In this document: one piece after another, positions 63,120-64,000 of the stretch | Numbering within the stretch: position 1 is the stretch's first letter | Layout: each line of letters starts with the position of its first letter | Source of the DNA: Utricularia gibba | Lineage: Eukaryota; Plantae; Magnoliophyta | NCBI GenBank assembly: GCA_002189035.1 | Contig: CM007989.1 | Span: 8,432,001-8,496,000 of the forward strand | DNA: 64,000 nt | Reading direction: 5' to 3' | Program-made: the position numbers and the translations under genes | Notes under the pieces: generated by a model | The model's database searches: none | Told to the model about the DNA's origin: nothing | What the model saw: the letters and a program-made list of their open reading frames with translations, nothing else

Positions 63120-63232
63120 TTGGTGCTAAGGAAGGGGCAAGACTTGGGCCCGCGATAAATAGAAGCCCAATCCAAGCCTATAGGAGAAATTACTTTGTCC
63201 TAGGACTGACTAGGACCCCAAATACAATACAC

Positions 63233-63233
<1 letters not shown>

Positions 63234-63263
<30 letters not shown>
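63234..63263. repeat. (CCCATA)5 microsatellite
   Basis: Read directly. Confidence 0.9.
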
Positions 63264-63267
<4 letters not shown>

Positions 63268-63591
63268 CCCGCGTTTGATCCAACTAGCTGTCAGCTGAAA
63301 AAGCACCATCATGGATGATGCTGCATATTTTGTATTGCCGGTCCAAGAGCAGTTATTTGAAATTCTACGTGTGTGTTACGCAAATCCCGATTCTCTTCCA
63401 TTCATAACTACACTACCCGTACCCGGTCGCGCCACGCCACGCCACGCCACCATTTGGACATTTTTGGCGTCCAGTACGCATCACTCCCTCCGCCGCTACC
63501 CTGGCTGCTCAATACAATACTCACTACTATCTACTTGTCTATTTAAACATGGAGACAGACAGAGAGAGAACGGAGGGGGCACGGAGATCCA

Positions 63592-64000
63592 ATGACCGAC
63601 AAAGTGTACCCATCCGCAAAGCCTGCACTCGACGCCTCCCAGGGAGCCAATCTCACGTTTCCTCCGACCAAGGCTCAGCTCTACAATGCCAGGCGTCCTG
63701 CTTACCAGCCACAGATGCCGCCCAGAAGCCACCGACACCGGGGCGGCAGATGGTGCAGGTGCTGCTGCCTCTGGACTTGTGTGCTCACACTCATCATCTT
63801 GGTGTTAGCAGCCATCGCCGGGGCCGTATTTTACCTGATATGTCGACCTCACCTCCCTTCCTTCTCCGTGAGCACACTGCAGCTCTCTAAATTCAACCTC
63901 ACCGACACTTCACTCACCTCCTCCTTCAACATCTCGGTAACCGCACGCAATCCTAACTCGAGAATCACCTTCACGTACGACCAATCAACTCTTCGAGTGA
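63592..64000 (+). CDS. NDR1/HIN1-like (LEA_2) protein, partial (runs off the window end); frame not in the supplied ORF track
   Basis: MTDKVYPSAKP...FPPTKAQLYNARRPAYQP...RCCCLWTCV + TM helix (LIILVLAAIAGAVFYLI) + RPHLPSFSV...ISVTARNPN. Confidence 0.9.
   Translation, partial: MTDKVYPSAKPALDASQGANLTFPPTKAQLYNARRPAYQPQMPPRSHRHRGGRWCRCCCLWTCVLTLIILVLAAIAGAVFYLICRPHLPSFSVSTLQLSKFNLTDTSLTSSFNISVTARNPNSRITFTYDQSTLRV

Noticed and set aside
1-64000. tRNA, rRNA, snRNA, CRISPR arrays, intact retrotransposon or transposase ORFs, metabolic gene cluster
   Set aside because: None recognised; the genes are functionally unrelated housekeeping and regulatory loci in conserved-looking order.

Overview
Eukaryotic plant (eudicot) nuclear DNA. 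It is very gene-dense, with about 19 spliced protein-coding genes in 64 kb and mostly 70-130 nt introns. A compact asterid genome such as Lentibulariaceae is my inference only. Exon structures were rebuilt by hand from GT(GC)-AG sites and family motifs; most short ORFs in the supplied track are intron or antisense artefacts. Gene order: GH9 endoglucanase(+), WRKY IIe(-), BRH1-like RING-H2(+), PLAC8 first-exon remnant(-), MGxCCC RING-H2(-), putative Copia LTR relic, TRM/DUF4378(+), GL3/EGL3-type bHLH(-), DUF3527(-), AIPP3-like BAH-TFIIS(-), two tandem WAT1/UMAMIT transporters(-), AHL(+), DREB-A4(+), ABO5-like PPR(-), IAR3-like amidohydrolase(-), RWD protein(-), CHMP1/VPS46(+), PP2A B55(+), Mini-RNase III(+), TMN/TM9SF(-), and an NHL/LEA_2 gene running off the end(+). 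I found no tRNA, rRNA, CRISPR or intact transposon, and nothing I can call a new multi-gene system. The most notable observations are: (1) domain-specific decay of the AIPP3-like gene, whose BAH/TFIIS-M part is intact while its zinc ribbon is destroyed, with frameshifts that compensate across an intron; (2) signs of genome compaction, namely precise intron losses, a PLAC8 remnant and a decayed duplicate exon in PP2A; (3) five single-base deletions, all in G/C homopolymers, that break four otherwise intact genes and are most likely assembly consensus errors.
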